A DNA stretch of 59,227 bases, counting the filler. It is 7 parts of 7 records of this genome, joined end to end, with 100 filler letters (N's around TTAATTAATTAA, not from the genome) between each part and the next. Parts side by side here need not be neighbours in the genome. Positions count along the whole stretch, not along the records: positions 1 to 18,646 come from DRR723986_86230; positions 18,747 to 25,436 come from DRR723986_87806; 5 more parts are not named here. The stretch is one strand, 5' to 3'. The stretch's first letter is position 1, and the number at the start of each line of letters is the position of its first letter. Below, one piece after another: positions 9,809 through 19,916 of the stretch. The translations under genes and the position numbers were made by a program. Under the pieces are notes generated by a model. That model saw only the letters and a program-made list of their open reading frames with translations. It was not told the DNA's origin and searched no databases.

Positions 9809-11274
9809 GACTTTTTCGGAAAGGACACATTTCTAACCCTTCCGCCTTTGGCAGAATTCTACTAATACCACTACTTTTCACTTTGGTGAAATGCAACGAC
9901 AAAAATGAAACAATGAATCAAACTCCTTCTGAAACACAGGAAATTCAAGTAACCAAAGATCTATCAGGTCATATGCTGAATCAGCGGCAGGCTTTTTCAC
10001 CCGATGATCGTTTGTTGGCATTTGATGGTAGAAACGATGATTCAAAAATCGGAGAAAACGCTTCGATCGGAGTAGTGAATATTGCAACCAGGGAAATTCA
10101 AACTATTTACCAGCTTGATAACCAAACTGTGTTTGGACCGGGAACTGGAGCGGTAAGCTTTCATCCTTCTCGAAACGAAGTTGTATTTATTCATGGGTTA
10201 AAGAATGCTTCGGAAGAGGTTCCTTATGGCTTTACCAGAAGATTTGCCATGCAAGTTGATTTGGAAAATGACAATCAATCAGAGCCCATGGAAGCTCGGG
10301 ATGTGCAATTTCCCTTTACCAACGGAGCTTTGCGTGGAGGTTCTCACGCTTATTCATACAGCACAGATGGTCAATTCGTTAGCTTTACTTATAATGATGA
10401 AATTCTAGAACAAACTTCCAAAGAAAACCCAACTGTTTCAGACCTCAGAACTGTGGGCGCTTTTCTGGTAGGGGAGAAAGTGGAAGTTGCTGTAGAGCAA
10501 AATGATGAGAACTTTGATGGGACTAGTTTTGCCGTTCTACTCGCCGAAGTGACTAACAATCCAGCCCCAGGTTCGGATCAAATCAGCAAAGCCTACGAAG
10601 AATGCTGGGTAGGAAATGAGGGGTATTTCAAGTCTGATGGGACAAGACAAAAGCGCGCTTTGGCATTTTTGGGAGACGTGGTTTCCAGTTCTGGTGAAAA
10701 AGTAACAGAGGTTTTTATCACGGATATCCCTGACGATAATTCTATTTTAATTAATTCAGTCAATGCGGGGAGTTTGACAAAGCTGCCTTCTCTTCCTAAA
10801 GGAGTCACTCAACGTAGATTGACTTTTACAATAGAAAATAAAAACCCTGGAGTCCAGGGACCTCGACAATGGTTGAGAAGTTCACCGGATGGCAATGCCA
10901 TCTATTTCTATCTAAAGGAAGATTCAGGTATTATCCAGATTTATGCAGTTTCTCCGGTTGGGGGTTCGATCAAAGCCATTACAGCAAATGACTTTTCTCC
11001 AGATACTTCGTTCGCGCTAAGTGCAGATGGAAAATATCTCGCGTATGGAGCAAATGAGGCCATTTATGTCACATCCATAGAAACTGGAAAGACGATTCTG
11101 GTTTTGCCTGCGCCAGAAAAACCATTCACTCATCTCAGCAATATCAACTGGTCAAACAAAGGCCATACTATCGCTTACAATAGGAAAGGAACTCTCAATG
11201 GAGAAGGCTTTTACCAGATTTTTGTCTTAGATCTCAACACCTTTTTATACAATAACTATGTCACTTTTAACTAA
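9805..11274 (+). CDS. DUF3748 / YidR-like beta-propeller protein, probable lipoprotein
   Basis: GALRGGSHAY, SFTYND, ISKAYEECWVG, QRRLTFT and GPRQWLRSSPDG motifs. Confidence 0.8.
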   Translation: MRLFRKGHISNPSAFGRILLIPLLFTLVKCNDKNETMNQTPSETQEIQVTKDLSGHMLNQRQAFSPDDRLLAFDGRNDDSKIGENASIGVVNIATREIQTIYQLDNQTVFGPGTGAVSFHPSRNEVVFIHGLKNASEEVPYGFTRRFAMQVDLENDNQSEPMEARDVQFPFTNGALRGGSHAYSYSTDGQFVSFTYNDEILEQTSKENPTVSDLRTVGAFLVGEKVEVAVEQNDENFDGTSFAVLLAEVTNNPAPGSDQISKAYEECWVGNEGYFKSDGTRQKRALAFLGDVVSSSGEKVTEVFITDIPDDNSILINSVNAGSLTKLPSLPKGVTQRRLTFTIENKNPGVQGPRQWLRSSPDGNAIYFYLKEDSGIIQIYAVSPVGGSIKAITANDFSPDTSFALSADGKYLAYGANEAIYVTSIETGKTILVLPAPEKPFTHLSNINWSNKGHTIAYNRKGTLNGEGFYQIFVLDLNTFLYNNYVTFN

Positions 11275-12199
11275 AACAAATTCCCCACTGAGAGGGATTA
11301 TCCCTCCGATGATTACACCTCTGAATGCTTATGGGGCTCTAGATTCCGCAAGTGTTCAGAAATTGATAGAGCACTTGATAGCTGGGGGAGTTCATGGTAT
11401 TTTTATCCTAGGAACTACTGGAGAATTCTCAGGACTTAGCTATCAAGTTCGAAGAGAATTGATCACGCAGACCTGTGAGCTGGTAGCCGGAAGAGTACCT
11501 GTATTGGTTGGGATAACGGATGTTTCGATTGAGGAAAGTATCGCTTTGGCAGACTACGCCGAAGAAGCTGGAGCAGATGCTGTGGTGGCTGCACCGCCTT
11601 TTTACATTACTATTGATCAATCAGAAATGTATTCCTATTTCAAGCAATTGGCGGACGGAATCTCTATTCCAATGTTTCTTTACAACATGCCCTCTCATAC
11701 CAAACTCGTCATTGAGTTGGATACTGTTGTCAAACTTTCCTCGCATGATAGGATAATTGGTTTGAAGGACAGCTCTGCACATGGTGTGTATTTCCAATCG
11801 CTATGTCATGCATTTCGCGCTCAGCCTGATTTTGTGCTGATGGTAGGACCGGAAGAGATGATGGCCGAAACGGTATTGATGGGGAGTCATGGTGGAGTTT
11901 GTGGAGGAGCTAATCTATTTCCGGAAGTCTATGTGGGGCTCTATGAGGCTGCTGTGAAAAGGGATTTTGGAAAAGTAAAAGAATACCAAGCTGTGGTGAT
12001 GGAAATCAGTACTAAGATCTATCAAGTAGGAGGCTATAAGTCTAGCTATATGAAAGGGCTGATAACTGCGATGTCATTTAGAGGACTTTGCCAAGCACAA
12101 TTTGCCTCACCATTGTATCCATTCTCAGAAGAAGAAGTAGAAGAACTCCGAAAAAGATTAATTGAGATTTCAAATCAGCTAGAACTCAAGAAAGTTTGA
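11258..12199 (+). CDS. DapA/NanA superfamily class I aldolase/lyase
   Basis: GIIPPMITP, LGTTGE, LYNMP and Schiff-base GLKDSS motifs. Confidence 0.9.
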   Translation: MSLLTKTNSPLRGIIPPMITPLNAYGALDSASVQKLIEHLIAGGVHGIFILGTTGEFSGLSYQVRRELITQTCELVAGRVPVLVGITDVSIEESIALADYAEEAGADAVVAAPPFYITIDQSEMYSYFKQLADGISIPMFLYNMPSHTKLVIELDTVVKLSSHDRIIGLKDSSAHGVYFQSLCHAFRAQPDFVLMVGPEEMMAETVLMGSHGGVCGGANLFPEVYVGLYEAAVKRDFGKVKEYQAVVMEISTKIYQVGGYKSSYMKGLITAMSFRGLCQAQFASPLYPFSEEEVEELRKRLIEISNQLELKKV

Positions 12200-12259
12200 C
12201 TGGTTTGAATCCTATAATTAGCGTTACTTAATTTTCTCTTCCCAAAAGCCCCAGAACAG

Positions 12260-13756
12260 ATGGATTTACCTTTAATAGATTTACTAGTTTTTCTTGTTTA
12301 CATGGCTGCAATTGTTGGGTTTGGAATCTCCTTTTCATTCCGCAAACGGACGGCTCTGGAATATACCACTGGAGGCGGAAGGCTTCCAAGCTGGGCGATA
12401 GGAATGTCAATATTCGCCACGTTTGTAAGCAGTATAAGTTTCTTGGCACTTCCTGGAAATGCTTTTTTATCCAACTGGAACGGATTTGTCTTTAGCCTTT
12501 CCATACCTTTTGCCGCTTGGATAGCGGTAAAGTATTTTGTCCCCTTGTATAGAAATCTCCAAAGCGAATCCGCTTATTATTACCTGGAAACTCGTTTTGG
12601 TTCCTGGGCTAGAGTCTATGCTTCCATTTGCTACTTATTGACTCAGCTGGCAAGAATGGGAGCAATCATGTACTTGCTGGCGTTGCCGATGAATGCTTTA
12701 TTCGGATGGAGCGTTCCTATTATTATCGTCTGTACAGGAATTAGCGTGATGGTTTATGCCATGCTAGGTGGGATCGAAGCAGTGATCTGGACAGATGCTA
12801 TTCAAGGGATAGTCTTGATTGGAGGAGCTTTGCTGTGTCTTGTAGTGATCTTGTTTTCTATGCCAAATGGACCTGGAGAAGTGATTACTATCGCAGCTGA
12901 AGCAAATAAATTCAGTTTCGGTAGTTTTAAAATCAACTTCGTAGAATCTACTTTCTGGATGATTTTGATCTATGGGCTCTTTATTAACCTACAGAATTTT
13001 GGGATAGATCAAAGTTACATTCAGCGCTATATCAGCGCCAAATCAGAGAAGGAAGCAGTGAAATCCACTTGGTTGGGAAGCTTACTTTATGTACCAGTTT
13101 CCTTATTGTTTTTCTTTATTGGAACAGCGCTTTTTTCCTATTATCAGGCTTTTCCGGATCTTTTGCCTGCAGAATTGCAGTTGGCTGAGAATGCCGATAA
13201 GGTATTTCCCTACTTTATTGTATCGGGGCTTCCGACGGGTGTGACAGGCATTTTGATTGCTTCGATTTTTGCAGCAGGTATGAGCACTGTTTCTACAAGT
13301 ATCAATAGCTCAGCGACGGTATTTCTTTCAGATCATTATCGCAAATACATTCACAAAAATGCCACCGAGAAGCAATCCATGCGCGTGCTTTTGCTAAGTT
13401 CCTTCGTAATGGGAGGTCTCAGTATATTGGTTGCTTTAGCCTTTAATGGAGTGACTAGTGCCTTAGAAGCTTGGTGGGCTCTTTCTTCCATTTTTAGTGG
13501 TGGGATTTTAGGTTTGTTTATACTGGGTTTTGTAGTAAAAAAGGCCTCGAGCAAAGCAGCGGCAATCGGCGTGTTGTGCGGTGTTTTGGTTATTGGATGG
13601 ATGAGTCTTTCAGCGATTTTATTCAAAGGAACTAGTTTGGAGGGCTTTGAAAATACCCTGCATACTAATCTGACTATCGTAATGGGGACACTTACGATTT
13701 TTATTCTTGGGTTTCTACTTACTGGTTTTTTTGCTAAACACGAAGAAAGTTCTTGA
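12260..13756 (+). CDS. Sodium:solute symporter (SSS, SiaT/NanT-like)
   Basis: SIFATFVSSISF, GGIEAVIWTD, DQSYIQRY and AAGMST motifs; many TM helices. Confidence 0.92.
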   Translation: MDLPLIDLLVFLVYMAAIVGFGISFSFRKRTALEYTTGGGRLPSWAIGMSIFATFVSSISFLALPGNAFLSNWNGFVFSLSIPFAAWIAVKYFVPLYRNLQSESAYYYLETRFGSWARVYASICYLLTQLARMGAIMYLLALPMNALFGWSVPIIIVCTGISVMVYAMLGGIEAVIWTDAIQGIVLIGGALLCLVVILFSMPNGPGEVITIAAEANKFSFGSFKINFVESTFWMILIYGLFINLQNFGIDQSYIQRYISAKSEKEAVKSTWLGSLLYVPVSLLFFFIGTALFSYYQAFPDLLPAELQLAENADKVFPYFIVSGLPTGVTGILIASIFAAGMSTVSTSINSSATVFLSDHYRKYIHKNATEKQSMRVLLLSSFVMGGLSILVALAFNGVTSALEAWWALSSIFSGGILGLFILGFVVKKASSKAAAIGVLCGVLVIGWMSLSAILFKGTSLEGFENTLHTNLTIVMGTLTIFILGFLLTGFFAKHEESS

Positions 13757-13838
13757 TAGGTTTGCAAGGTGAAAGCGCACGCAAATTCTCCACAAATTGA
13801 GAAAAATTAGTCGCTGAATTTAGTTGTAAAAACTATGT

Positions 13839-13871
13839 AAAGCCATTTCCTGACTTAGGAAGTGGCTTTTT
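13839..13871 (+). terminator. Intrinsic terminator after the SSS gene
   Basis: AAAGCCATTTCCT / AGGAAGTGGCTTT stem followed by a T-run. Confidence 0.75.
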
Positions 13872-13957
13872 GATTTGGTAATTTTTTTGAATAAGTAATT
13901 AGTAGTAGACCATTATAGTCCACACTAAAAAATTCTTAATCGCAAAATTTAATCCCT

Positions 13958-14659
13958 ATGAAAATTGATTCAATTCCTAAAGAAGATAGCTTTAGTCAAG
14001 AGCTTTTAGATAATGAGATAATTTGGTTCACTGCAAGAAATAGAAGGGAAGTAAATCATGAAATAGAGAAGCTGAAGACTTATGGGTTTGAAACTTTGAG
14101 AATAGGGATAGATTGCGCAGAGTTTAACACAAAAAAAGGGAGTAAATGGTACGATTGGCTAATTCCTACTTTAGGACAAAGTTTTAATCTTGAGCTTTGT
14201 TTTGACAACTTTTCAAAAACTGACGGAATGTCTATCTGCCCGAAACAGGCCTTGCCTGAAATTGTTGAGCACTTTATTTTTAAGCATGGCAAATGCTTCT
14301 CAGTTGTTGAATTGTGGAGAAACCCTTCCGATCGAAAAAAGCAGGATTCAGTAGAGAATATATTTTCCGATGAGGTGGTTTTTACAACTACTTGGGCAAA
14401 ATACTTAGGTAAAAAAGTCAAACTAGGCAAGATTAGAGAGGCGGATTTTGAATGGATTACTAAACTGATTTCTTCACAGTTTCTTAAGAATATTGAATGC
14501 TTGGAGATCGATAAGGAAGAAGGGGATTTGTGGGAAACTAATACCATGTTTTATGAAAGAACATTAAGAAGTCTCTTTCATGCTAAAGGCGTGAGGGCTG
14601 AGATTTTTCCTAATGAAAACTCAAACATATTAAATCAATTGTCAAAAGGCATTGCGTGA
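13958..14659 (+). CDS. Degenerate clan GH-A-like TIM-barrel protein
   Basis: LRIGID, KWYDWLIPTL and VELWRNP resemble glycoside-hydrolase-like domains that normally read ELWNEP. Confidence 0.55.
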   Translation: MKIDSIPKEDSFSQELLDNEIIWFTARNRREVNHEIEKLKTYGFETLRIGIDCAEFNTKKGSKWYDWLIPTLGQSFNLELCFDNFSKTDGMSICPKQALPEIVEHFIFKHGKCFSVVELWRNPSDRKKQDSVENIFSDEVVFTTTWAKYLGKKVKLGKIREADFEWITKLISSQFLKNIECLEIDKEEGDLWETNTMFYERTLRSLFHAKGVRAEIFPNENSNILNQLSKGIA

Positions 14660-15068
14660 TTAGAAGTAGATCTATCAGCTTTTCCATGCGTTGAATAGGA
14701 ATACGGAAATGATATTTTTATCTGGAAAAGTTTAATCAGCAAACTGACTCTACGTGGATTTTGCAGGAATCACAGGATATTTGACAGCGTGACGTAGCGC
14801 AATTGGAATCCAACGATCCATTGCTGAAATACTACAAAAGGAATTCAACGTAAAAACATCACTTCTGTATTTTTTTATTCAAAAAATACAGTGGCCGGTA
14901 CTTAGCTCAAAAACTCTTCAACTTTCGTCTTGAGCCCTAGGTGGTTCGGGATTTTACAGGATTTACCAGCAGTGGGTTGAAGAATATTTTCTTTGAAAGT
15001 AATCAATGAAACTGATTTAACTTACTGAAAACCAACTCGGTGGCATTAAATTGTTTGAAACAGTCAAA

Positions 15069-15479
15069 CTAATTTTTAGGTAACCACTCGCCCAATCGTT
15101 CCCTCAGCTCGGTCAATTGAGCTGATCCCATAGGTTTTTCCCAATAATCTATGACCATGGGATATTGCGTAGACTTATCCTTGTCCGACTTACTCAGCGA
15201 TGAGGTTACAATAATCACCTTGATATCTTCACAATTAACACGTGCCTGTAGTTGATCCAAAAATTGCCAGCCATTCATTCTAGGCATGTTGATATCCAAA
15301 AAAATCAGGTTCTTTTGCCCATTGCTATTTAAGGATGCGAGCGTTTCTAAAGCATCTTGTGCATCATGGAAGGCCTGTACATCCATGCCTTGAAGTTGTG
15401 TTTTGACTTGTGCTTTGTGAAGTAATATAATTATTTGGTCATCGTCGATAATGTATATTACGGGTAGTTTAGCTTTCAT
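15069..15479 (-). CDS. Single-domain response regulator
   Basis: IIDDD, LIFLDINMP, VTSS and EKP motifs; overlaps the sensor stop codon. Confidence 0.92.
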   Translation of the reverse strand: MKAKLPVIYIIDDDQIIILLHKAQVKTQLQGMDVQAFHDAQDALETLASLNSNGQKNLIFLDINMPRMNGWQFLDQLQARVNCEDIKVIIVTSSLSKSDKDKSTQYPMVIDYWEKPMGSAQLTELRERLGEWLPKN

Positions 15480-18150
15480 GGTTTTTCATGTTTTCGGACA
15501 TTGAGTGTGTTTTTCTGACGATTTGGTCGAGTTCCTCCAGCGATTTTTGGAGTTCTATTTCCAACTCATTTTTACTGAGACCTATTTCCGGATAACTTGA
15601 ATATTGACTCAATACCTGTGCTATTCCCATTGCTTTGGTTAAAGCCGCTCTTACCTTATGGGATTGATGCCAGGTGATAGCAATTAGTACGTTGTTCTTG
15701 CGTTCTATCTCACTCAATGCTTTTTTAAGTTGGTCGTTAGTATTGCTCAATTCAGCCGTTCGTTGATTCACCTTGCATTCCAAACTCCTTTTCATCCTGA
15801 CATTGTAATAATACTTTACCATAAAACTGACTAGAACTCCAAACGCTATCAGTAGTAAGATCTTGAAAACTAGACTTTCAAACCAAGTTGCTTTTACCCT
15901 AATAGGTAAAGACTTTATCAGTTCAGTTTTTCCATGGCGAAGCACTTTTATTTCCAAGTTGTAGTAGCCCGGCTTTAACCCCGTAAAATTAAGCTGCCTA
16001 CTGTCACTGATGGGTTGCCATTCCTCCGAGTTTTTATTAATACGGTAAAAAAAAGAATACCTATCCGGACTTTCAATATCAATCAGACTAAAAGTTACCT
16101 GAAAGATCCGCACTCCTTCCGGAATGGTGATTTCATTTTCTATTCCAATTATTTGACCACCCACGTGAAGGTTATCCCACATAAAGAGGAAATTCTTTGA
16201 GTCTTCTTTTTCTGCCAATGATGGCCCACGAATGATACCAATTCCTTCCACTGTTGGGATCCAGATTTCCCCCGAATAGTCCTTTAATGCCGAGGGGAAG
16301 ATTAAGCCATTTGTTTCTGAATTAGGCATTCCATGACTTTCATTGTAAAAGTTATTGACAATATGAAAATCTTCATCGGAAGTATGTTTGAATTTTTCTA
16401 GCTCAGAATTGGGGAAGTATTGGACTCCAAAATTATTGGTTGTCCATATACCAGAGTTTCCATCTGAAATGATACTGAAAACACCGCGGGATTTTAGGCC
16501 ATTTTCTTTTTTTAGAATCTTAAATTCCCCTTGATGTAAAAGCACGATGCCACCGTGGGTAGCAAACCACAAATCTCCATCTCCGTCTTCATACATACTA
16601 TAGATAAGATTTTCACTCATTGGCAATGGTAGGATTTGGTTTTCGATCAATTGATCATTTTCAAAACGAAGAAAACCCTCATTAACAGATCCTATGATTA
16701 CCTGTTTATTATTCAACTCCAGGATACTAATAAAACTGGTATTGGAGTACTTTTCGGGCAATTCTACTTGGTGAAAGCTGTCCTTTTCATCAATGTAATG
16801 AATACCACCGCCCCGGGTCAGAATCCAAAGCCAATTTTTTGAATCCCGGAATATGGCATAGACATAATTGCTTTGCAGTCCATTTTCTTTTGTGAGGTAT
16901 TCTACTATTTGACCATTTTGCTGGTCAATAATTGATACCCCTCCAAGACTTCCCACGTAAACTTTTCCATTGGCAGATCCGATGGTATTAACTCTGTTTT
17001 GTAATAGCCCGTCTTCATCTTTCCAGGAATTTATTTCTCCATTCTTTAATTGGTAAACTCCATCGGATTTAGTCCCAATCCAAATACTACTATCGGTAGC
17101 TTGATAAATTGGCTTGATGTTTTTCTCCTGTAAAACATCCTGGTTTAAATGTTTGATTTTGGCAGGTCTTACAATTGCCAATCCTTTACCCACAGTACCC
17201 AGGTATAGATTGTCTTTTTCTCTGATGATTTTTCTTACCGTATAAGTTTGGAGCTCTGGATAAATAATTTGGGTAATTCTTCCTTCTGACATTTTAATAA
17301 GTCCGCTTTCCAGAGACCCGGCCCAGATCGAGTTGTCCGAATCTGCAATAAGGCTGGACGGTGAGATGATGTTGACCTGCTTAAAAGAATAGATGTTTTC
17401 AAGAATATAATCTTCTTTTAAGCGAAAAATCCCTTCATCAAGAGCATATACATAAAGTTGATCCTCATTGCCAAAAATTTTTAATGCAGAGAAATCCTGC
17501 CTGGTAACCAATTTCACTTTTCTGGTTTGTAGGTTCAGTTCATATATGCCGCGTGATGTACCCACAAGTATAATTGAGTTTTTCAGTGGGTAAAATCCGA
17601 ATATGTCCAGCGGAACTCCAGGAGTCCAATACGGCAGAAGAGTGAATGTCTCCTGATCCCAGGAAAAAATCTGACCTTTTTGATTGCCTATAAGTAAACC
17701 ACCTTCTCCATTATCTGCTATTGCTCTGATCAAGGCTTTATCCGTTATTTCGGAGCAATCAATTATTGTTTTAATGTTTTTATTAAGCAAAGCAATACTC
17801 CGGTCTCCGGCCGCCCAAATACCACTTTCGGTTTTAAAAAAATTGTAATAGGTCTGCTCAAGCATTTCAGGATAGTTGTCCTGGTCAAATACTTTGAGAA
17901 TTTTTCCATCTAATCTGGCTAATCCTTCCTCTGTTGCAGTCCATAAATATCCAAAATTGTCCTTTTCCATAGCGAATACTGCATTTTGGGGCAGTCCTTT
18001 GGAGTTGTTCCAAATTTCCATCACGTAGTTGTGGACAATTTCAGGGTTTTTAGTTGATGAGCTAGGAACAGATTGTGAAAGCACAGGATGCTTTAACAAA
18101 AGGCAAAAAGCCAGTATATAGTAAAAATACTTAATCGTAACCTTCTTCAT
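15469..18150 (-). CDS. Reg_prop / Y_Y_Y periplasmic sensor with a HisKA-like helix pair and no HATPase domain
   Basis: GLPQNAV, IWIGT and GLQSNYV propeller repeats; FTGLKPGYYNLEIK; TM helix; QSHKVR; stop about 55 aa later. Confidence 0.82.
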   Translation of the reverse strand: MKKVTIKYFYYILAFCLLLKHPVLSQSVPSSSTKNPEIVHNYVMEIWNNSKGLPQNAVFAMEKDNFGYLWTATEEGLARLDGKILKVFDQDNYPEMLEQTYYNFFKTESGIWAAGDRSIALLNKNIKTIIDCSEITDKALIRAIADNGEGGLLIGNQKGQIFSWDQETFTLLPYWTPGVPLDIFGFYPLKNSIILVGTSRGIYELNLQTRKVKLVTRQDFSALKIFGNEDQLYVYALDEGIFRLKEDYILENIYSFKQVNIISPSSLIADSDNSIWAGSLESGLIKMSEGRITQIIYPELQTYTVRKIIREKDNLYLGTVGKGLAIVRPAKIKHLNQDVLQEKNIKPIYQATDSSIWIGTKSDGVYQLKNGEINSWKDEDGLLQNRVNTIGSANGKVYVGSLGGVSIIDQQNGQIVEYLTKENGLQSNYVYAIFRDSKNWLWILTRGGGIHYIDEKDSFHQVELPEKYSNTSFISILELNNKQVIIGSVNEGFLRFENDQLIENQILPLPMSENLIYSMYEDGDGDLWFATHGGIVLLHQGEFKILKKENGLKSRGVFSIISDGNSGIWTTNNFGVQYFPNSELEKFKHTSDEDFHIVNNFYNESHGMPNSETNGLIFPSALKDYSGEIWIPTVEGIGIIRGPSLAEKEDSKNFLFMWDNLHVGGQIIGIENEITIPEGVRIFQVTFSLIDIESPDRYSFFYRINKNSEEWQPISDSRQLNFTGLKPGYYNLEIKVLRHGKTELIKSLPIRVKATWFESLVFKILLLIAFGVLVSFMVKYYYNVRMKRSLECKVNQRTAELSNTNDQLKKALSEIERKNNVLIAITWHQSHKVRAALTKAMGIAQVLSQYSSYPEIGLSKNELEIELQKSLEELDQIVRKTHSMSENMKNHES

Positions 18151-18587
18151 CAAATTCTCGAAATTTTAAGGGAGGGGGTAAGTCCCTTCTTACGGTTTTT
18201 TGTAGGACATAGAAGATATATATAAAATTAAGGCTTGACTCATTTTATGTGCGGTTGATTTGAAGGTAATATGGAAATATAGGTTCATTTTTTTAGCTGT
18301 CAATGGATCTTTCCTTATAAGTAGATTAGTATTTATTTATTTTTTTGAACATTTCCTAGATGTGCTTTTAGCAGTAAGCTAGTTTGTTTAAGAAAACTTT
18401 TTCTTTTACGCAGGTGTATTAACTTGGCTTACAAGGAGTTGATTAGAGGTGTAATCGTCGATTTTAGGCCCAATATAAATTTCATGTGTAAGGGGGATTT
18501 AATTTTACATTTAATTAAAAATTATTTGATTAGCCGTAATTAAGCCAGTTCCTCAGAGGCTTTTCTTATCAGGTTATTAGACCTATA

Positions 18588-18624
18588 CTTCGATTACGCT
18601 CAATACAAGTGCCCGAAGCCCGAA
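18588..18624 (+). repeat. Bacteroidota REP-like motif plus GCCCGAA x2
   Basis: CTTCGATTACGCTCAATACAAGT close to the contig end; a related motif occurs at 41542-41563 on the minus strand. Confidence 0.45.
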
Positions 18625-18646
18625 GTGGCCTCAATTCTTTACTTTA

Positions 18647-18746
18647 NNNNNNNNNNNNNNNNNNNNNNNNNNNNNNNNNNNNNNNNNNNNTTAATTAATT
18701 AANNNNNNNNNNNNNNNNNNNNNNNNNNNNNNNNNNNNNNNNNNNN
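18647..18746. other. Artificial contig linker
   Basis: 44 N + TTAATTAATTAA (stops in all six frames) + 44 N. Confidence 0.99.
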
Positions 18747-18843
18747 ATAAGAATCGGGATTTTTTTTGTTTTAAAAAATCTCAAATAAAGAAATTAGTTA
18801 TTAGGTTGTTGATTTGAAAATATGGTAACTTTAAAGTGAAGTG

Positions 18844-19080
18844 TTACCTCTTTTTAAAAATACTATTAAGAATTGTGTTTATACCAACAAATAACATAGT
18901 AATTGCTGAAATACACATTATTATTGAAATAATAAGTAATGGTATATAAAGTGGTTTATCTTCATTGCTAAAAGCTAGATGTAACATTGTTGGTCCTAAA
19001 AACATAAGTAAAAGACAAATCCCCATTCGCTTTAAACCTTTTGCTAATAATTCTTTATCGGTTTTGTTGTTTTTTTCCAT
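18844..19080 (-). CDS. Small two-TM membrane protein, DUF6095-like
   Basis: TDKELLAKG and LMFLGP motifs; overlaps the end of murQ. Confidence 0.7.
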   Translation of the reverse strand: MEKNNKTDKELLAKGLKRMGICLLLMFLGPTMLHLAFSNEDKPLYIPLLIISIIMCISAITMLFVGINTILNSIFKKR

Positions 19081-19879
19081 AAGAAATACTTTGTCTGATA
19101 TTTTTATGCTCTTTGAGTAATTGAGTTGCTTCTTCTTCAGTAATGTTTAATTCATTCATGATCATCGTTATTCCACGATTGACTAGTTTATTGTTACTTA
19201 ATTGCATATCAACCATTTTATTGTCTTTAACTCGTCCTAATTGAATCATTGTTGATGTAGTAATCATATTAAGTACTAATTTCTGGGCTGTACCAGCCTT
19301 CATTCTAGAACTTCCTGTAAGAAATTCAGGACCAACAATAACTTCAATTGGATACTGTGCATTTAAAGAAAGAGGACTGTTTTTATTGCATGTAATACAA
19401 CCTGTGGTGATACCTTTTTTATTACATTGTTTGAGAGTGCTTAGTACATATGGCGTTGTACCCGATGCTGCGATACCTATTACAATATCATTTTTGGATA
19501 TATTATAGGCCTGAAGATCTTTCCAGCCTTGTGTTGTAGAATCCTCAGAATTTTCAACTGCTTTTCTGATGGCATCATCACCACCGGCAATTAAACCTAT
19601 TACCAAATCGTGAGAAACACCAAATGTAGGTGGGCATTCTGAAGCATCTAAAATCCCAAGACGTCCACTAGTACCAGCACCAACATAAAATAAACGACCA
19701 CTACTTTTAAGCTTTTCAACAACTTGTTTGATAAGAGATTCTATCTGTGGAATTGATTCTTCTACAGCTAACGGTACAGTTTTGTCTTCTTTATTAATAT
19801 TTGTAATAATCTCATTGATAGACATTTTTTCCAAATGATTATAATGAGAATCTTTTTCTGTAATCTTTTCGAAATTCAT
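19055..19879 (-). CDS. murQ: N-acetylmuramic acid 6-phosphate etherase
   Basis: GAGTSGRLG, DASECPPTFG and GSSRMKAGTAQKLVLNM motifs. Confidence 0.96.
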   Translation of the reverse strand: MNFEKITEKDSHYNHLEKMSINEIITNINKEDKTVPLAVEESIPQIESLIKQVVEKLKSSGRLFYVGAGTSGRLGILDASECPPTFGVSHDLVIGLIAGGDDAIRKAVENSEDSTTQGWKDLQAYNISKNDIVIGIAASGTTPYVLSTLKQCNKKGITTGCITCNKNSPLSLNAQYPIEVIVGPEFLTGSSRMKAGTAQKLVLNMITTSTMIQLGRVKDNKMVDMQLSNNKLVNRGITMIMNELNITEEEATQLLKEHKNIRQSISYGKKQQNR

Positions 19880-19916
19880 AATATAAAAATAATGAATTTC
19901 TAGAGGTAAATGCGAT

